DNA of 31,759 bases from Planctomycetota bacterium (GCA_036338595.1 JAYZBV010000049.1:1-31759), one strand, 5' to 3'; positions 8,823 through 20,805 are shown, counted from the stretch's first letter. Notes: a model not told the origin generated them from the sequence alone. Made by a program: numbers and translations.

Positions 8823-10131
8823 CGCGGGCACTCCTGGTTCCGATCCCGTGGTATTCGAGACCATATCTTTCCGTCATGTCAGCACTCCATATGTTTCGAC
8901 CATCGTAGAGGACGGGCTCGGAAAGAAGCTCCTTCACCCGCTTGAAATCGGGTCTCCTGTATTCGTTCCATTCCGTCACCAGCAACAATGCGCTGGCACC
9001 CTTGAGAGCTTCGTATGGATCTGTACTGTACTCGATCAGGTCACCCATTTCTGCCCTGGCACTACCGAGCGCCTCGGGGTCATGCCCACAAACCTTGGCG
9101 CCTCTCTCGACCAGCCCCTTTGCGATGACCACTGAGGGCGCTTCCCTCATGTCATCGGTACGAGGCTTGAATGCCAACCCCCACAATGCGAAACAATGTC
9201 CAGACAGATCAGTTCCAAACCGATCGACCACCTTCTCGACGAGGTATCGTTTCTGGCGATCGTTGACCTTATCGACCGCATCGAGAATCTGAAGTGAAGA
9301 TCCGATCTCTTTGGCGAGCGCAGAAAGAGCTCTGACATCCTTTGGAAAACACGATCCCCCGTAGCCAACGCCAGGAAATAGAAAATGCGGGCCGATCCTT
9401 GCATCCGTTCCCATCCCCTGCCTGACCTTGGTGACATTGGCTCCCACGAGTTCGCACAGGCGTGAGATGTCATTCATGAAAGAGATCTTGGTTGCGAGCA
9501 TCGCATTCGATGCATATTTGGTCAGTTCGGCTGAGGCCTGGTCCATCACCAGAAGTGGCTTTCCTGTCCTGACAAAGGGAGAGTACAACTCTCTCATCAG
9601 ATCTGCAGCGTCATTGTCATCGGTTCCGATGACCACCCGATCAGGTTTCATGAAGTCATCGATCGCAGCTCCTTCCTTGAGGAACTCGGGATTCGAGACG
9701 ACATGGATCTGATGCTCACACGCAGATCGGATGATCTCGGCAACTGCAGCGGCGGTTCCCACAGGTACCGTGGACTTGTTGACAACAACCAGCGGGCCCG
9801 TCATCGCTGCGCCAATCTCCGCTGCCACCGATCGAACTGCGGTGAGATCGCAGGCCCCATTCTCTCCCTGTGGAGTCCCGACGGCGATGAAGACCACTTC
9901 AGCGTCTTTTATCGAGGAGGCCAGATGGGTCGAGAATGTCAGTCGGCCAGCGGATGAATTCCTCTCTACCAGCTCTTCGAGGCCCGGTTCGTAGATAGGA
10001 ATCTCGCCGTTCTTCAGGCTTGAAATTTTTTCTGCATCTCGATCCACGCAACAGACCGTATTCCCGCTTTCTGCAAAGCAGGTACCTGTCACCAGCCCGA
10101 CATATCCTGTTCCAACTATCGTGATTCTCAT
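8809..10131 (-). CDS. ugd: UDP-glucose 6-dehydrogenase
   Basis: [28 protein letters not shown], catalytic [10 protein letters not shown], and [15 protein letters not shown]. Confidence 0.95.
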   Translation of the reverse strand: MRITIVGTGYVGLVTGTCFAESGNTVCCVDRDAEKISSLKNGEIPIYEPGLEELVERNSSAGRLTFSTHLASSIKDAEVVFIAVGTPQGENGACDLTAVRSVAAEIGAAMTGPLVVVNKSTVPVGTAAAVAEIIRSACEHQIHVVSNPEFLKEGAAIDDFMKPDRVVIGTDDNDAADLMRELYSPFVRTGKPLLVMDQASAELTKYASNAMLATKISFMNDISRLCELVGANVTKVRQGMGTDARIGPHFLFPGVGYGGSCFPKDVRALSALAKEIGSSLQILDAVDKVNDRQKRYLVEKVVDRFGTDLSGHCFALWGLAFKPRTDDMREAPSVVIAKGLVERGAKVCGHDPEALGSARAEMGDLIEYSTDPYEALKGASALLLVTEWNEYRRPDFKRVKELLSEPVLYDGRNIWSADMTERYGLEYHGIGTRSARDGSQ

Positions 10132-10297
10132 TCCAGAGGTCTCTCCAACCCTTACATGGCGATACTGGTGCTATTGAACTGTCGCAAACAACGGGACCAG
10201 TCAGATCATATCAGAGGCCTTTCGTGCCAGCATCAAAGGTCGAGGAATTCCCTCAGGTCTGATGTCGCTGGATGGCCGAGATGCGTACAATGGCGCC

Positions 10298-11680
10298 ATG
10301 GATAGTGATGATTTCTCCTCCGGCCTCGATTCTCCCAAGCCATCTCCTGACCCCCAGGACGAGGAAGAGGCAGAGACTACCAGGTCCACATTCGCTGATC
10401 TTCCGCTCACCACCCCCATCCTGGATCGTCTCTCTGAACTGGGTTTCACCCACCCGACACCCATCCAGGAATTGACGATCCCGGTCGCACTGGATGGGAA
10501 AGACCTGATCGGAAAGGCCGAAACCGGCACAGGAAAGACTCTCGCATTCACCTGCCCCATCATGGGGCAACTCGATGCGGAGAGAGTCGCAGTTCAAGCT
10601 CTCGTCCTGTGCCCTACCCGTGAACTGGCTCAGCAGGTCGAAGAAGTCGCCTCGGCCATCGGAGCGCCGCTCGGATTGCGGGCCGCGCTGGTGGTCGGTG
10701 GAGTGCACCAATCTCAACAATTACTTCAGTTGAGAAAGGGAGCCCAGATGGTAGTGGGAACTCCCGGTCGAGTTCTCGACTTCCTTCGCAGTGGCAAGAT
10801 CCGTCTCGGCTGGGTCGAACACGTCGTTCTCGACGAGGCTGATCGCATGCTGGACATGGGTTTCATCGATGATGTCACAGAGATCCTCCAGCACACTCCA
10901 CCAGAGAGACAGACCTACCTCTTCTCTGCGACGGTTCCGCCCAAGATCAAGTCGTTGACGCGGCAGTTCATGAAAGATCCTGAGTTGATCTCTACCATCA
11001 GGGAGATCGCCACTGTCCCTGACATCGTGCAGCGATTTGTACGCTGCGACGACTGGGCCAAGAGGCACTGGGTTCACCAATTGCTCGACAACACTCCCGA
11101 TGACACCTGCATCATCTTCTGTAACACGCGCAGGGCGGTGATCGATCTCGACAGGGACCTCTGGGGACGCGGATATCCAGCTGGATCACTCCACGGCGAC
11201 CATGATCAGGAGCGACGCTTCAAGGTGCTCGAAGGCTTCAAGGACAAGCGGATCATGACCCTGGTCGCCACTGATGTCGCGGCGAGGGGTCTCGATGTGG
11301 AAGCGGTCGCGAGGGTCGTGAACTATGACATCCCTGATGAGGTCGAGACCTACGTGCACAGGATCGGCAGGACCGGTCGAGCTGGAGCCGATGGTGAAGC
11401 AGTTAGCCTGGTCGATTCCCGTGATCGAATCAGCTGGAGCCGCATCGTCAAGGAAACCGGATTCCCGATCTCCGAGGACAAGTGGCACCCACCCAAGGGA
11501 GCGAAGCCTGATCCCAATCACAGATCGTACCGACGCTCACCTGCGAGGCCCGGAAGCGGTCCCCCTCGTGGTGGAGGACGTTACAGCAGCGGCGGAGGTC
11601 GAAAGAATCCTCGCTCGAATCCTCGTCAAGGAGGCAATTCCGGTTCTCGTGGGCGAAGTGGTGGACGCCGCTCTCGCTGA
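10298..11680 (+). CDS. DEAD-box ATP-dependent RNA helicase with Arg/Gly-rich C-terminal tail
   Basis: Q motif PTPIQ, AETGTGKT, PTRELA, TPGR, DEAD, SAT, ARGLD, HRIGRTGR. Start ATG 10298 or 10262. Confidence 0.95.
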   Translation: MDSDDFSSGLDSPKPSPDPQDEEEAETTRSTFADLPLTTPILDRLSELGFTHPTPIQELTIPVALDGKDLIGKAETGTGKTLAFTCPIMGQLDAERVAVQALVLCPTRELAQQVEEVASAIGAPLGLRAALVVGGVHQSQQLLQLRKGAQMVVGTPGRVLDFLRSGKIRLGWVEHVVLDEADRMLDMGFIDDVTEILQHTPPERQTYLFSATVPPKIKSLTRQFMKDPELISTIREIATVPDIVQRFVRCDDWAKRHWVHQLLDNTPDDTCIIFCNTRRAVIDLDRDLWGRGYPAGSLHGDHDQERRFKVLEGFKDKRIMTLVATDVAARGLDVEAVARVVNYDIPDEVETYVHRIGRTGRAGADGEAVSLVDSRDRISWSRIVKETGFPISEDKWHPPKGAKPDPNHRSYRRSPARPGSGPPRGGGRYSSGGGRKNPRSNPRQGGNSGSRGRSGGRRSR

Positions 11681-11758
11681 TCCACCGATCAATTACTGGA
11701 TGGCGTCACCTGGAGCATCCGGAGCAGCGCACAGTAGATGGCACAACCACCAGATGTG

Positions 11759-11793
11759 AAAAGGCCCCGCACCGCAGACAGCGGAACGGGGCC
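11759..11793 (-). terminator. Intrinsic terminator after groEL
   Basis: Minus strand reads GGCCCCG-TT-CCGC-TGTCT-GCGG-TG-CGGGGCC followed by TTTT, starting 26 bp past the groEL stop. Confidence 0.7.
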
Positions 11794-11819
11794 CTGACTT
11801 CAGTTCATCTTGCGCTGGG

Positions 11820-13484
<1,665 letters not shown>

Positions 13485-13556
13485 CGTGTCGCTTCCTCTC
13501 ATTATCGGCATCTACCTGGCATTTCGCTGGCAGATGACTGGGTTTATCCGAGTGAA

Positions 13557-13853
13557 CTAGCCGACAATCGCGAGGACATCGTCCTCACTCATGATCAGGT
13601 ACTCTTCGCCATCCACCTTGATCTGTGTCCCGGCGTATGAACTGAAGATGACACGATCATCCTTGCTGACCTGAAAATTGGCGCGATTGCCATCCTTGAG
13701 GAGTTTGCCGTCTCCAAGCGCCATCACGCGCCCTTCGCTCGGCTTTTCCTTCGCATTATCCGGCAGGAAAATCCCACCCTTGGTCTTGTCCTCAGCTTCG
13801 AGTCGCTTGACGACGATCTTGTCGTTGAGCGGGCGAAGATTGAGATTCGCCAT
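13557..13853 (-). CDS. groS: Co-chaperonin GroES (Cpn10)
   Basis: LRPLNDKIVV, KTKGGIFLPDNAKEKP, GEEYLIMSEDDVLA; directly upstream of groEL. Confidence 0.97.
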   Translation of the reverse strand: MANLNLRPLNDKIVVKRLEAEDKTKGGIFLPDNAKEKPSEGRVMALGDGKLLKDGNRANFQVSKDDRVIFSSYAGTQIKVDGEEYLIMSEDDVLAIVG

Positions 13854-13942
13854 CGGAGTCGCCTCTCTTTCCCGTGCCCAGATGGGCGTTCGCTTGACGA
13901 TTTCTGCGGACCCCGCCTCGGGCTCCCGTCAGAAATCTGTTT

Positions 13943-14398
13943 TCAATTCTTCAGCAAGGTTTGAATCAGATCCCGAATGCAACTCCGGAAATGGTCTGGC
14001 TCGACCGGTTTCGGCAACAATGCGAAACCACCTGCTGCTATTACATCTTGTCTCAACTCGATACTCGCTTCTCCACTGACAAAGAGAGCGGGCAGTTGCC
14101 AGTGATACTCTGTCCGGATCCTTCTCAGCAACTCGACCCCGGTCAGATCTGGCATATGCACGTCCAGCACCAGGAAATCGAATGCGCGCGCAGCCACGGT
14201 GCCGGGAGAAGGTGCCGATTGATTTCGTCGCAACAACTCCAGCGCCTCGACTCCTCCACCGACATTTGCCGTTTCGAACCCGTCGCCGTCGAGCAATGCC
14301 GCCAGAGACCCCCGCACTCCTGCATCGTCGTCAGCGAGCAGTACTCGGTAGCGAACCCCGCCAAACCGTGACCCCGGTGTGAAGATCTCGGCCAGCAT
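13943..14398 (-). CDS. Single-domain response regulator (receiver domain only)
   Basis: VLLADDD acidic pocket, phosphoacceptor in LVLDVHMPDLTG, FVSG, and the conserved KP; no output domain. Confidence 0.88.
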   Translation of the reverse strand: MLAEIFTPGSRFGGVRYRVLLADDDAGVRGSLAALLDGDGFETANVGGGVEALELLRRNQSAPSPGTVAARAFDFLVLDVHMPDLTGVELLRRIRTEYHWQLPALFVSGEASIELRQDVIAAGGFALLPKPVEPDHFRSCIRDLIQTLLKN

Positions 14399-14445
14399 CG
14401 AAGCCCCATTTCAGGTCCCTGACATTTCCGATCATCTCCTCATTT

Positions 14446-14461
14446 CGCAACGATCGTGCCG
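14446..14461 (-). promoter_or_regulatory. Sigma54 (RpoN) -24/-12 promoter
   Basis: Minus strand CGGCACGATCGTTGCG matches consensus TGGCACG-N4-TTGC with exact GG-N10-GC spacing, about 48 bp upstream of the receiver gene start. Confidence 0.72.
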
Positions 14462-14557
14462 CTGGAAGCCGAGTTCCGACTGCTGTCACAAGTCACTGCA
14501 GAGGTATGTCTTAGGTGATTTTTCTGAAGGCCTCGCCAGGCCTCTGGCCAACATTAC

Positions 14558-14572
14558 CTGTCAGAATGACAG
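14558..14572. promoter_or_regulatory. Palindrome CTGTCA-N3-TGACAG, candidate upstream activator site
   Basis: Perfect 6-bp inverted repeat about 100 bp upstream of the -24 element, a typical position for an enhancer. Confidence 0.45.
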
Positions 14573-14684
14573 CCTACGGCTGAAGCGGCAGTGTACTCCT
14601 GCCACGGTGGCAGGAGATACAGGGCCTGGATCTGTTGAATTGTCTCGCCTGGAAGGGAACCATCCACGCCACTGTGTCCCAGCA

Positions 14685-16121
14685 ATGGAAGAGGTCGCAG
14701 CAACGGAAGGGGATCAGGTCTTGTCCCAGGCATCGCACGATCCCACGAACCTCATCGAGAAGATCCGCGTTGCGCTGGATTCCAGCACACCCGATCAGCA
14801 GTTACGGGAGACCCTTCGAGGGATCCGCCCCGAGGATATCGCTCACATCCTCGATGAACTCGACCCCGATCAGAAGCTGATGGTTTTTGACGCAGTCGAG
14901 ACCGAAACACAGGCGGAAGTGATCGACGACACCGATCCGAGTTCTCGTGAACTGGTCATCGAAAATCTCGAGAGTGTTGAACTGCGGTCGATTCTCGAGG
15001 AGATGCCTCCAGATGAAGCCACCGACCTTCTCAACGAACTTCCCCAATCAAAACGGCGTGAAGTTCTGTCTGGAATGGAACCGGCGACCACTGTCGAACT
15101 TCTACGACTGATGCAGCACCCTGCCCACACGGCGGGCGGCATCATGACTCTCGATTACTTCGCCGTGAACCCGGAGCTCGCTTCAAAAGATGCGATTTCG
15201 ATGATCCAGGAACACATTGATACCGAAGTGGTCAACTATGTCTATGCGGTCGATGAGCAACGACATCTGCTGGGTGTCATTTCGATACGTGACCTGCTGG
15301 GCTCTGACCCGGAAACACATGTTTCCGAATTGATGACAACTGAGGTGATCTCGATTGCGGTCGAGGAGGATCAGGAGGCAGTCGCCCACCTGGCTCGCCG
15401 TTATCACCTCAAGGCGATTCCAGTTGTAGATAGCGATGATCACCTGCTCGGGGTCGCAACCATCGACGACATCGTTGAAGTCCTCAGCGAAGAAGCGGAT
15501 GAAGACATCTACCGGCTGGCCGGATCCCCGGTGGTTCACCCTGCACAGCAGAAAATCCTTCGCCGGGCATTACTTCGGATCCCATGGCTACTGCTTCCGG
15601 TTCTGAGCGGATTCATACTTTACTGGATGCATCCGGACGAGCGGAGTCTGGCCGAGATTCTTGCGTCCGATTCTGATCAGCGGCTTCTCCTGGCGGCCTT
15701 CATCCCGCTGGTGATGGGGATCGCCGGAGGCGTGGGAACCCAGTCTGCAACGATGGTTGTGAGGGGAATGGCAGTTGGAGATATCGATCCTCGAAGAACC
15801 ACTCTGCGGCTGTTTCGCCAGGAGGTCGTCGTGGGTGTGTTCATCGCCCTCGCGATCGGAGGTGTCGTCGGCGTGGTTCTAGCGACCGTTTCAGGACCAT
15901 GGAATGGAATAGGATGGCTTCGATTTCCGATAGCTGTTTCGGCCGGCATCGGGGCAGGAATCGTCCTGGCTAGCGCCTGCGGAACCGCATTTCCCATATT
16001 CTGTGAAAAGATCGGGCTGGATCCAGCGCTCGTCGCGGGACCGTTCATCACCAGCTTCAATGACGTGACAGCAGCGGTCACCTTCATTGCAGTCGCGGAG
16101 ATGATTCTCAGAATATTGTGA
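14685..16121 (+). CDS. mgtE: Magnesium transporter MgtE
   Basis: Acidic N-terminal domain, TAGGIMT and a CBS pair, R.PWL, GGVGTQSAT, GLDPALVAGPFITSFND. Start ATG 14685 or TTG 14721 (the ORF-track start at 14379 is too far upstream). Confidence 0.93.
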   Translation: MEEVAATEGDQVLSQASHDPTNLIEKIRVALDSSTPDQQLRETLRGIRPEDIAHILDELDPDQKLMVFDAVETETQAEVIDDTDPSSRELVIENLESVELRSILEEMPPDEATDLLNELPQSKRREVLSGMEPATTVELLRLMQHPAHTAGGIMTLDYFAVNPELASKDAISMIQEHIDTEVVNYVYAVDEQRHLLGVISIRDLLGSDPETHVSELMTTEVISIAVEEDQEAVAHLARRYHLKAIPVVDSDDHLLGVATIDDIVEVLSEEADEDIYRLAGSPVVHPAQQKILRRALLRIPWLLLPVLSGFILYWMHPDERSLAEILASDSDQRLLLAAFIPLVMGIAGGVGTQSATMVVRGMAVGDIDPRRTTLRLFRQEVVVGVFIALAIGGVVGVVLATVSGPWNGIGWLRFPIAVSAGIGAGIVLASACGTAFPIFCEKIGLDPALVAGPFITSFNDVTAAVTFIAVAEMILRIL

Positions 16122-16132
16122 TCAATTCGGTG

Positions 16133-17740
16133 CTACTTGTATTCGGATTCATCAATCCCGTAGCGGTCGAGCTTGTTGTAGAGAGTCTGACGCGGAATCT
16201 TCAATTGCTTGGTCACGCGCGACTTGTTTCCCCTGTTTCTTCGTAGAGCTGTGAGAATCACAAGCCGCTCCACCTCGGCGATGATGTCATTGAATCCCTC
16301 GGTGGCCGGAATTCTGAGCACAAGTTCCTCAACCGTGGACTGGACTTTTTCACCCTGGAGGAGCTCGTCGGATAGTTCTTCGAGGTACTCCTCGACCATC
16401 TTGCGGGGGATGGTCCGACTCTCACTCGAGAGCACAACTTGATGGATCACATTTCTCAATTGTTGAAGATTACCTGGCCACGGGTAAGTGACCATTTCCG
16501 CCATGGCGCTCCTCGAGAGTGCCCTCACGGGCCCGTCACTTCCTGAAGCATCCGAGAGGAACTGACGAACTAACTGGGGGATGTCATCGGTGCGCTGGCG
16601 TAGGGGTGGCACATCGATAGTGAAACCTGCAAGCCTGTAGAACAGGTCCTCGCGAAACTGCCCCGCACGCACCATTTCGGCCAGGTCCTGACAGGTGGAT
16701 GAAACGACTCGAACATCGACTTGAATCAGTTCCGAGCCTCCTACAGGTCGAAGCACCCCTTCCTGAAGCACTCGGAGCAGTTTCTGCTGAATGCCGAGAG
16801 GTAAGTCCCCCACCTCATCGAGGAATACGACACCGCCTGCGGCTCTCTCGAAGACACCCGCTCTATCGGAGTCAGCACCACTGAAAGCGCCCTTTCGCCA
16901 GCCGAACAGTTCTCCCTCGACGAGAGTCGGTGCCAGAGCTCCACAGGAAACCACCTCGAACGGATGGCCTTCCCGAGCAGTCCCTTGATGCATGGTTCTG
17001 GCAAGCAGGCTCTTTCCGGTGCCGGTTTCTCCGCAGATCAATACGCTCAGGTCTGAATCCTGCAGTCGCTCCAGTTGAGAAAGGACCTCACACATCTGGG
17101 GGTCGGCACTGGCAACATCTCCCAGCGTCTTGATCGTAGCAGGGGGCGTTTCACCATCGTTCAAGCCGACTGGATCCAGTTGCGACAGTTCTATTTCATT
17201 CTCTGCAAGAGCCTGCTCGGCTCTCTCGAGACAGCCTTCAAGTTGTTCTATTTTCCGAGCCTGATCGCTGATCAAGATCGAGTCGAGAATCTCGTCTTCA
17301 ACCAATGTGATCATCGCTGCCAGGGAACTGGCGTCGGCTTCATCGAGTTCAACCGCCGAATCTACCTCTACCAGGAACATGACTCGTCCATCTGCTGGTG
17401 TAGGCATCGAAAAAGAGATCAGCGAGACAGGCGTACCTTGAATCGGCTCGCACAAATGGTGTGGACCCTCGATCGATCCGAGGTGTTGAATCAACTGCTG
17501 ATCGATACATTCCGAAGGTCTCAGGCCGCCAGCTGTTCTGGTAGCGACCTCTTCGAACAGGCGGGTTCCATCGCGGTTGACACAGCCGAGTTTGAGCGAT
17601 ACGGCACATCGAGCATCGAATTGCTTCAATAGCACGCCCAGCAGCGTCGAAGCGAGAACCTCGAATCGACGCGTCTGGTGCACTTCATCGAGGCCCTGGA
17701 GGCCTTCACGAAGTTCGATTTCAAGAGAATGCTGTGCCAC
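16133..17740 (-). CDS. Sigma54-dependent transcriptional regulator (unassigned N-terminal sensory region + coiled coil + AAA+ + Fis HTH)
   Basis: GETGTGKS, ELFGWRKGAFSGA, FLDEVG, REDLFYRL, WPGN and GNKSRVTKQLKIPRQTLYNKL. Start GTG 17740 after GGAGGA. Confidence 0.9.
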   Translation of the reverse strand: MAQHSLEIELREGLQGLDEVHQTRRFEVLASTLLGVLLKQFDARCAVSLKLGCVNRDGTRLFEEVATRTAGGLRPSECIDQQLIQHLGSIEGPHHLCEPIQGTPVSLISFSMPTPADGRVMFLVEVDSAVELDEADASSLAAMITLVEDEILDSILISDQARKIEQLEGCLERAEQALAENEIELSQLDPVGLNDGETPPATIKTLGDVASADPQMCEVLSQLERLQDSDLSVLICGETGTGKSLLARTMHQGTAREGHPFEVVSCGALAPTLVEGELFGWRKGAFSGADSDRAGVFERAAGGVVFLDEVGDLPLGIQQKLLRVLQEGVLRPVGGSELIQVDVRVVSSTCQDLAEMVRAGQFREDLFYRLAGFTIDVPPLRQRTDDIPQLVRQFLSDASGSDGPVRALSRSAMAEMVTYPWPGNLQQLRNVIHQVVLSSESRTIPRKMVEEYLEELSDELLQGEKVQSTVEELVLRIPATEGFNDIIAEVERLVILTALRRNRGNKSRVTKQLKIPRQTLYNKLDRYGIDESEYK

Positions 17741-18006
17741 GCTCTTTCCTCCTGGCTCAGGTTCCGGTCTCGATACCCCCTGGCGCTCCTGCACGAGAAT
17801 CCGATTCGGGGTATCCTTCAGCGGCGCCCTGATCGAACGCCCTGATTCCCTGCGAAGTTCCGCAGGGTACGGCGAGACTGAGGCTCCAATTGAAATATCG
17901 GCTCCAGGACCGATCTCTCTGAAGTGTTTTTTTCGTAGATTCGCCCCTGGCGGAAGATTAGGAGATACCCGGCCAGTACGCAATGGACCGGGAAATAGCC
18001 GTGGCC

Positions 18007-20805
18007 ATGCTTCCGACAATTCTGTCTCTCGCACTACTGATCGTCCCTGTCGCTACTCCAGTCGATGTGGATGACCCTCAGGCATCTGACATCTCGACCT
18101 GGATCGAAAATCTGGGCGCCGATGACTGGTCACTCAGGGAAGAAGCCGCCAGAAAATTGCTGGATGCCGGTCCTGCCGCAATAGATGCCCTGCAATCCTC
18201 ACTCCAGGATCCTGATCCGGAGGTGCGGGCAAGGGTGAAGGAGATGCTGGCGCTGCTCTCTCCGCCGACTCTCATCGTGGACGTCGTGCGTGTCGGCAAC
18301 ATATCGGATTCATCCCAGCTATCACAGCGCCAGGAGGTCGAAGCCACCGCTGTTCGCTTCACGAGAAGTGATCTGATCCAGACCAGCGTCACTTCCTCCA
18401 ACGAGGAGCGGCGCATCCAGGTCGAGGTGCGAGGCAGCGAAGCTCCTTACTCGGTCGAAATCCTGTTTCCCGGGGTCAATAGCACCATCGTCAGCGGGCC
18501 ACCTGCAAGAGGTCTCGATCCCGGTATCCCCTGGGTCATCCTCTCCGAGGAGCGCGTCACGATGGAACAGGCGCAGGGAAAAACCAGCACCAGTGGCGAA
18601 CTTGCGAGTTGGGTCGCCGTCCTCCATCACGATCCTGATCCAGCGCTGGAAAAACTCGACCCTGTGCAGAGGGTCGCCCAGGCGATCCGGAATCACCTTC
18701 CTCGAAGTGATGATCATCATCTGTGGCTGCTGGCTGGAGTCTGGCCACAGTTGGGTCCACTTCCCGACGCTCCCGACGGGGCCACGCCCCGGGTTCGCGA
18801 TGCGCGCCTGGTGAGCTTGTTGAGCCGCCAGGACGCAGCAGCAGCGCGGGAATTGACCTCGATGGTCGCCAGGCATCTCGATGGGATCGAATCGATCAGC
18901 ACCGATCGAATCGATGCACTCACCCCCTCCCTTCTGGAGGCAAAGATCGATCGATCTGTCGAACTCCTGTCTCGTCATTGCGGTGATCTCTCTCCCTGGC
19001 GCCAGCATCTGAGCTGGCACGCCCTCGAACGAAACCTGGGCGACCCTCAGTTTGTTGCAGCTCACGGCAAAACTGTGCTCCAGGCGATTCTGGCGCCAGA
19101 AACTTTACCCGTACTACGCTGGACCAACTCCCGCCTCGCATCTCTCTGGAGCGCCCTGCAACGGCATGTCCCCACAGATCAGTGGATGGAAGTGCTGCAG
19201 GGGCGCGTCAAGGATGCTCTGGGTCAGGACATGAACCAGTCGAGTGGTCGGATTCCGCTGATACTGGGAACGATGGCGTTCCTCTCGAACCGTTCAGAAT
19301 TGCTTCCGCAGGAGTGGCAACACTCTGTCGCAGAATTGATCGGAACCCGGCACTCGGAGATTGCCCTCGGCGTTCTCGCTTCCCAGCAGCAAGAGCATGG
19401 AGTCTCCGATGAGGTCTGGACCATCGTCTGTGGAGAGATAAGAAAGGGGCTGGCCAGCACCGATACCACCTCCAGCTTCCGTGTCAGAAACTCCGTCGCA
19501 CGCCTGATCGATTGCACCTTTCTCTCGCCGGGGATGAGGCGAATCCTGCTGGAAGTGCTTGTCGATACGATCGAAGAGGGAGCGAGCCAGCGCTCATCCG
19601 CGGACCAGTTGCTCATAAAGAGCCTGGGAGATGCCACGACAAAACCGATCAGAACCCGCGATCCGACCTACTGGAACAGCCGAGCGAAACTGTGGAAGAA
19701 GAAGCTGGAAGATCTCCCTGACGACCAGCTCTATCCGGCGAAGGAAGAGGGCGAGTGGGTTCGACTGACACTTGCTGACTACAGAATCGACCCCGAAGGG
19801 ACCACGGATCCTCTGCGACTGCAGCGCATAGTGCTCCAGGTTGGCCACCGATTCCTCGCCATCGGTGACAATGGAGAGGATGAATCGATCCTGATCGTCT
19901 CGACTCGGGGCAATACCTATCGCCTGTCGGGGTCGATCCTGGTGGTCGAAAATCGACCTGTGCTGGCAAGATTGAGGCCACGCTGGCGACGCTGGATCCA
20001 CCGGGTCAGTTCTGCGCGTCTGGGCCCCGAAAGTGCCCAGGCAAGGTCACTGGTGACTTACCAGACGTTGGCCTTGATGGAGCCGATCGATGCGACTCAA
20101 GCACAGCAAGGCCAAGGTCTGGACGGCGCCGGTGGCTGGGACGATCTCGAAGCGCGGCTACTGGATGGACTCGACTCTGCTGAACAGACAACAAGGCGCT
20201 CGACCATCGACATCGTGACCACCCTGAAACTCGAATCCGCCAGGGAGCCACTGATCAAGCTCTGGATCGATGACCCGACACCATCGATCGCCCGCGCACT
20301 TCTGGTGCTGGGAGATACCCGTGGCAGATTCATGCTCTTCGACAGTCTCAAGGAACTGGAGAGGAGAGCCACTCGTGATGCACAGCAGGCGATGGAGCAA
20401 TTGCTGCTTCACGGGGACCTCGAGACGATGGAACTGGTCCTCTCCTGGTTAGAGCGACCCCCAACGAATCGGACTCGGATTCTGGAAAACCAGCTCCCCA
20501 TTGCGATGCGGTCGATCGAATCATGGATTTCCAAGCAGCAAGATCCGGCAGATATTCCCAGGGATCGACTGATCGGAGCACTTGTCCAACGTTGTGACAC
20601 TCAGCAACTTCGAGGGACTTCGATTCCGCTCCTGAGAAGGCTAACTGGCCAGGATATGGGCTGGTGGAACACATTTTCCATCACAAATACACAGGAAAGA
20701 CTTCAGGCTCAGGAAGAGATTTCAGAGCGCTGGAACACGTGGTGGCAAAGAACCAGGGAAAGATCCCAGGATCCTGTAAAGTTGAACCCTCCTCGCGACC
20801 GATGA
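18007..20805 (+). CDS. Large secreted HEAT-repeat-like alpha-helical protein
   Basis: Signal peptide MLPTILSLALLIVPVA; N-terminal HEAT-like LGADDWSLREEAARKL..AGPAAIDAL...DPDPEVRARV; further HEAT-like helices near the C-terminus. Start ATG 18007 or 17983. Confidence 0.75.
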   Translation: MLPTILSLALLIVPVATPVDVDDPQASDISTWIENLGADDWSLREEAARKLLDAGPAAIDALQSSLQDPDPEVRARVKEMLALLSPPTLIVDVVRVGNISDSSQLSQRQEVEATAVRFTRSDLIQTSVTSSNEERRIQVEVRGSEAPYSVEILFPGVNSTIVSGPPARGLDPGIPWVILSEERVTMEQAQGKTSTSGELASWVAVLHHDPDPALEKLDPVQRVAQAIRNHLPRSDDHHLWLLAGVWPQLGPLPDAPDGATPRVRDARLVSLLSRQDAAAARELTSMVARHLDGIESISTDRIDALTPSLLEAKIDRSVELLSRHCGDLSPWRQHLSWHALERNLGDPQFVAAHGKTVLQAILAPETLPVLRWTNSRLASLWSALQRHVPTDQWMEVLQGRVKDALGQDMNQSSGRIPLILGTMAFLSNRSELLPQEWQHSVAELIGTRHSEIALGVLASQQQEHGVSDEVWTIVCGEIRKGLASTDTTSSFRVRNSVARLIDCTFLSPGMRRILLEVLVDTIEEGASQRSSADQLLIKSLGDATTKPIRTRDPTYWNSRAKLWKKKLEDLPDDQLYPAKEEGEWVRLTLADYRIDPEGTTDPLRLQRIVLQVGHRFLAIGDNGEDESILIVSTRGNTYRLSGSILVVENRPVLARLRPRWRRWIHRVSSARLGPESAQARSLVTYQTLALMEPIDATQAQQGQGLDGAGGWDDLEARLLDGLDSAEQTTRRSTIDIVTTLKLESAREPLIKLWIDDPTPSIARALLVLGDTRGRFMLFDSLKELERRATRDAQQAMEQLLLHGDLETMELVLSWLERPPTNRTRILENQLPIAMRSIESWISKQQDPADIPRDRLIGALVQRCDTQQLRGTSIPLLRRLTGQDMGWWNTFSITNTQERLQAQEEISERWNTWWQRTRERSQDPVKLNPPRDR

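Noticed and set aside
10157..10230. Additional sigma54-like boxes between ugd and the helicase (TGGCGATACTGGTGCT on +, TGGCACGAAAGGCCT on -)
   Set aside because: The first has a weak -24 core and the second lacks the -12 GC; neither is convincing
13854..13942. Search for a CIRCE element upstream of groES
   Set aside because: No TTAGCACTC-N9-GAGTGCTAA-like inverted repeat is present
14379..14684. 102-aa N-terminal extension of MgtE in the ORF track
   Set aside because: Overlaps the receiver gene start and its promoter region and does not look protein-like; better starts exist at 14685 or 14721
17741..18034. 98-aa N-terminal extension of the second sigma54 activator
   Set aside because: Overlaps the divergent gene; GTG 17740 has a clear GGAGGA RBS
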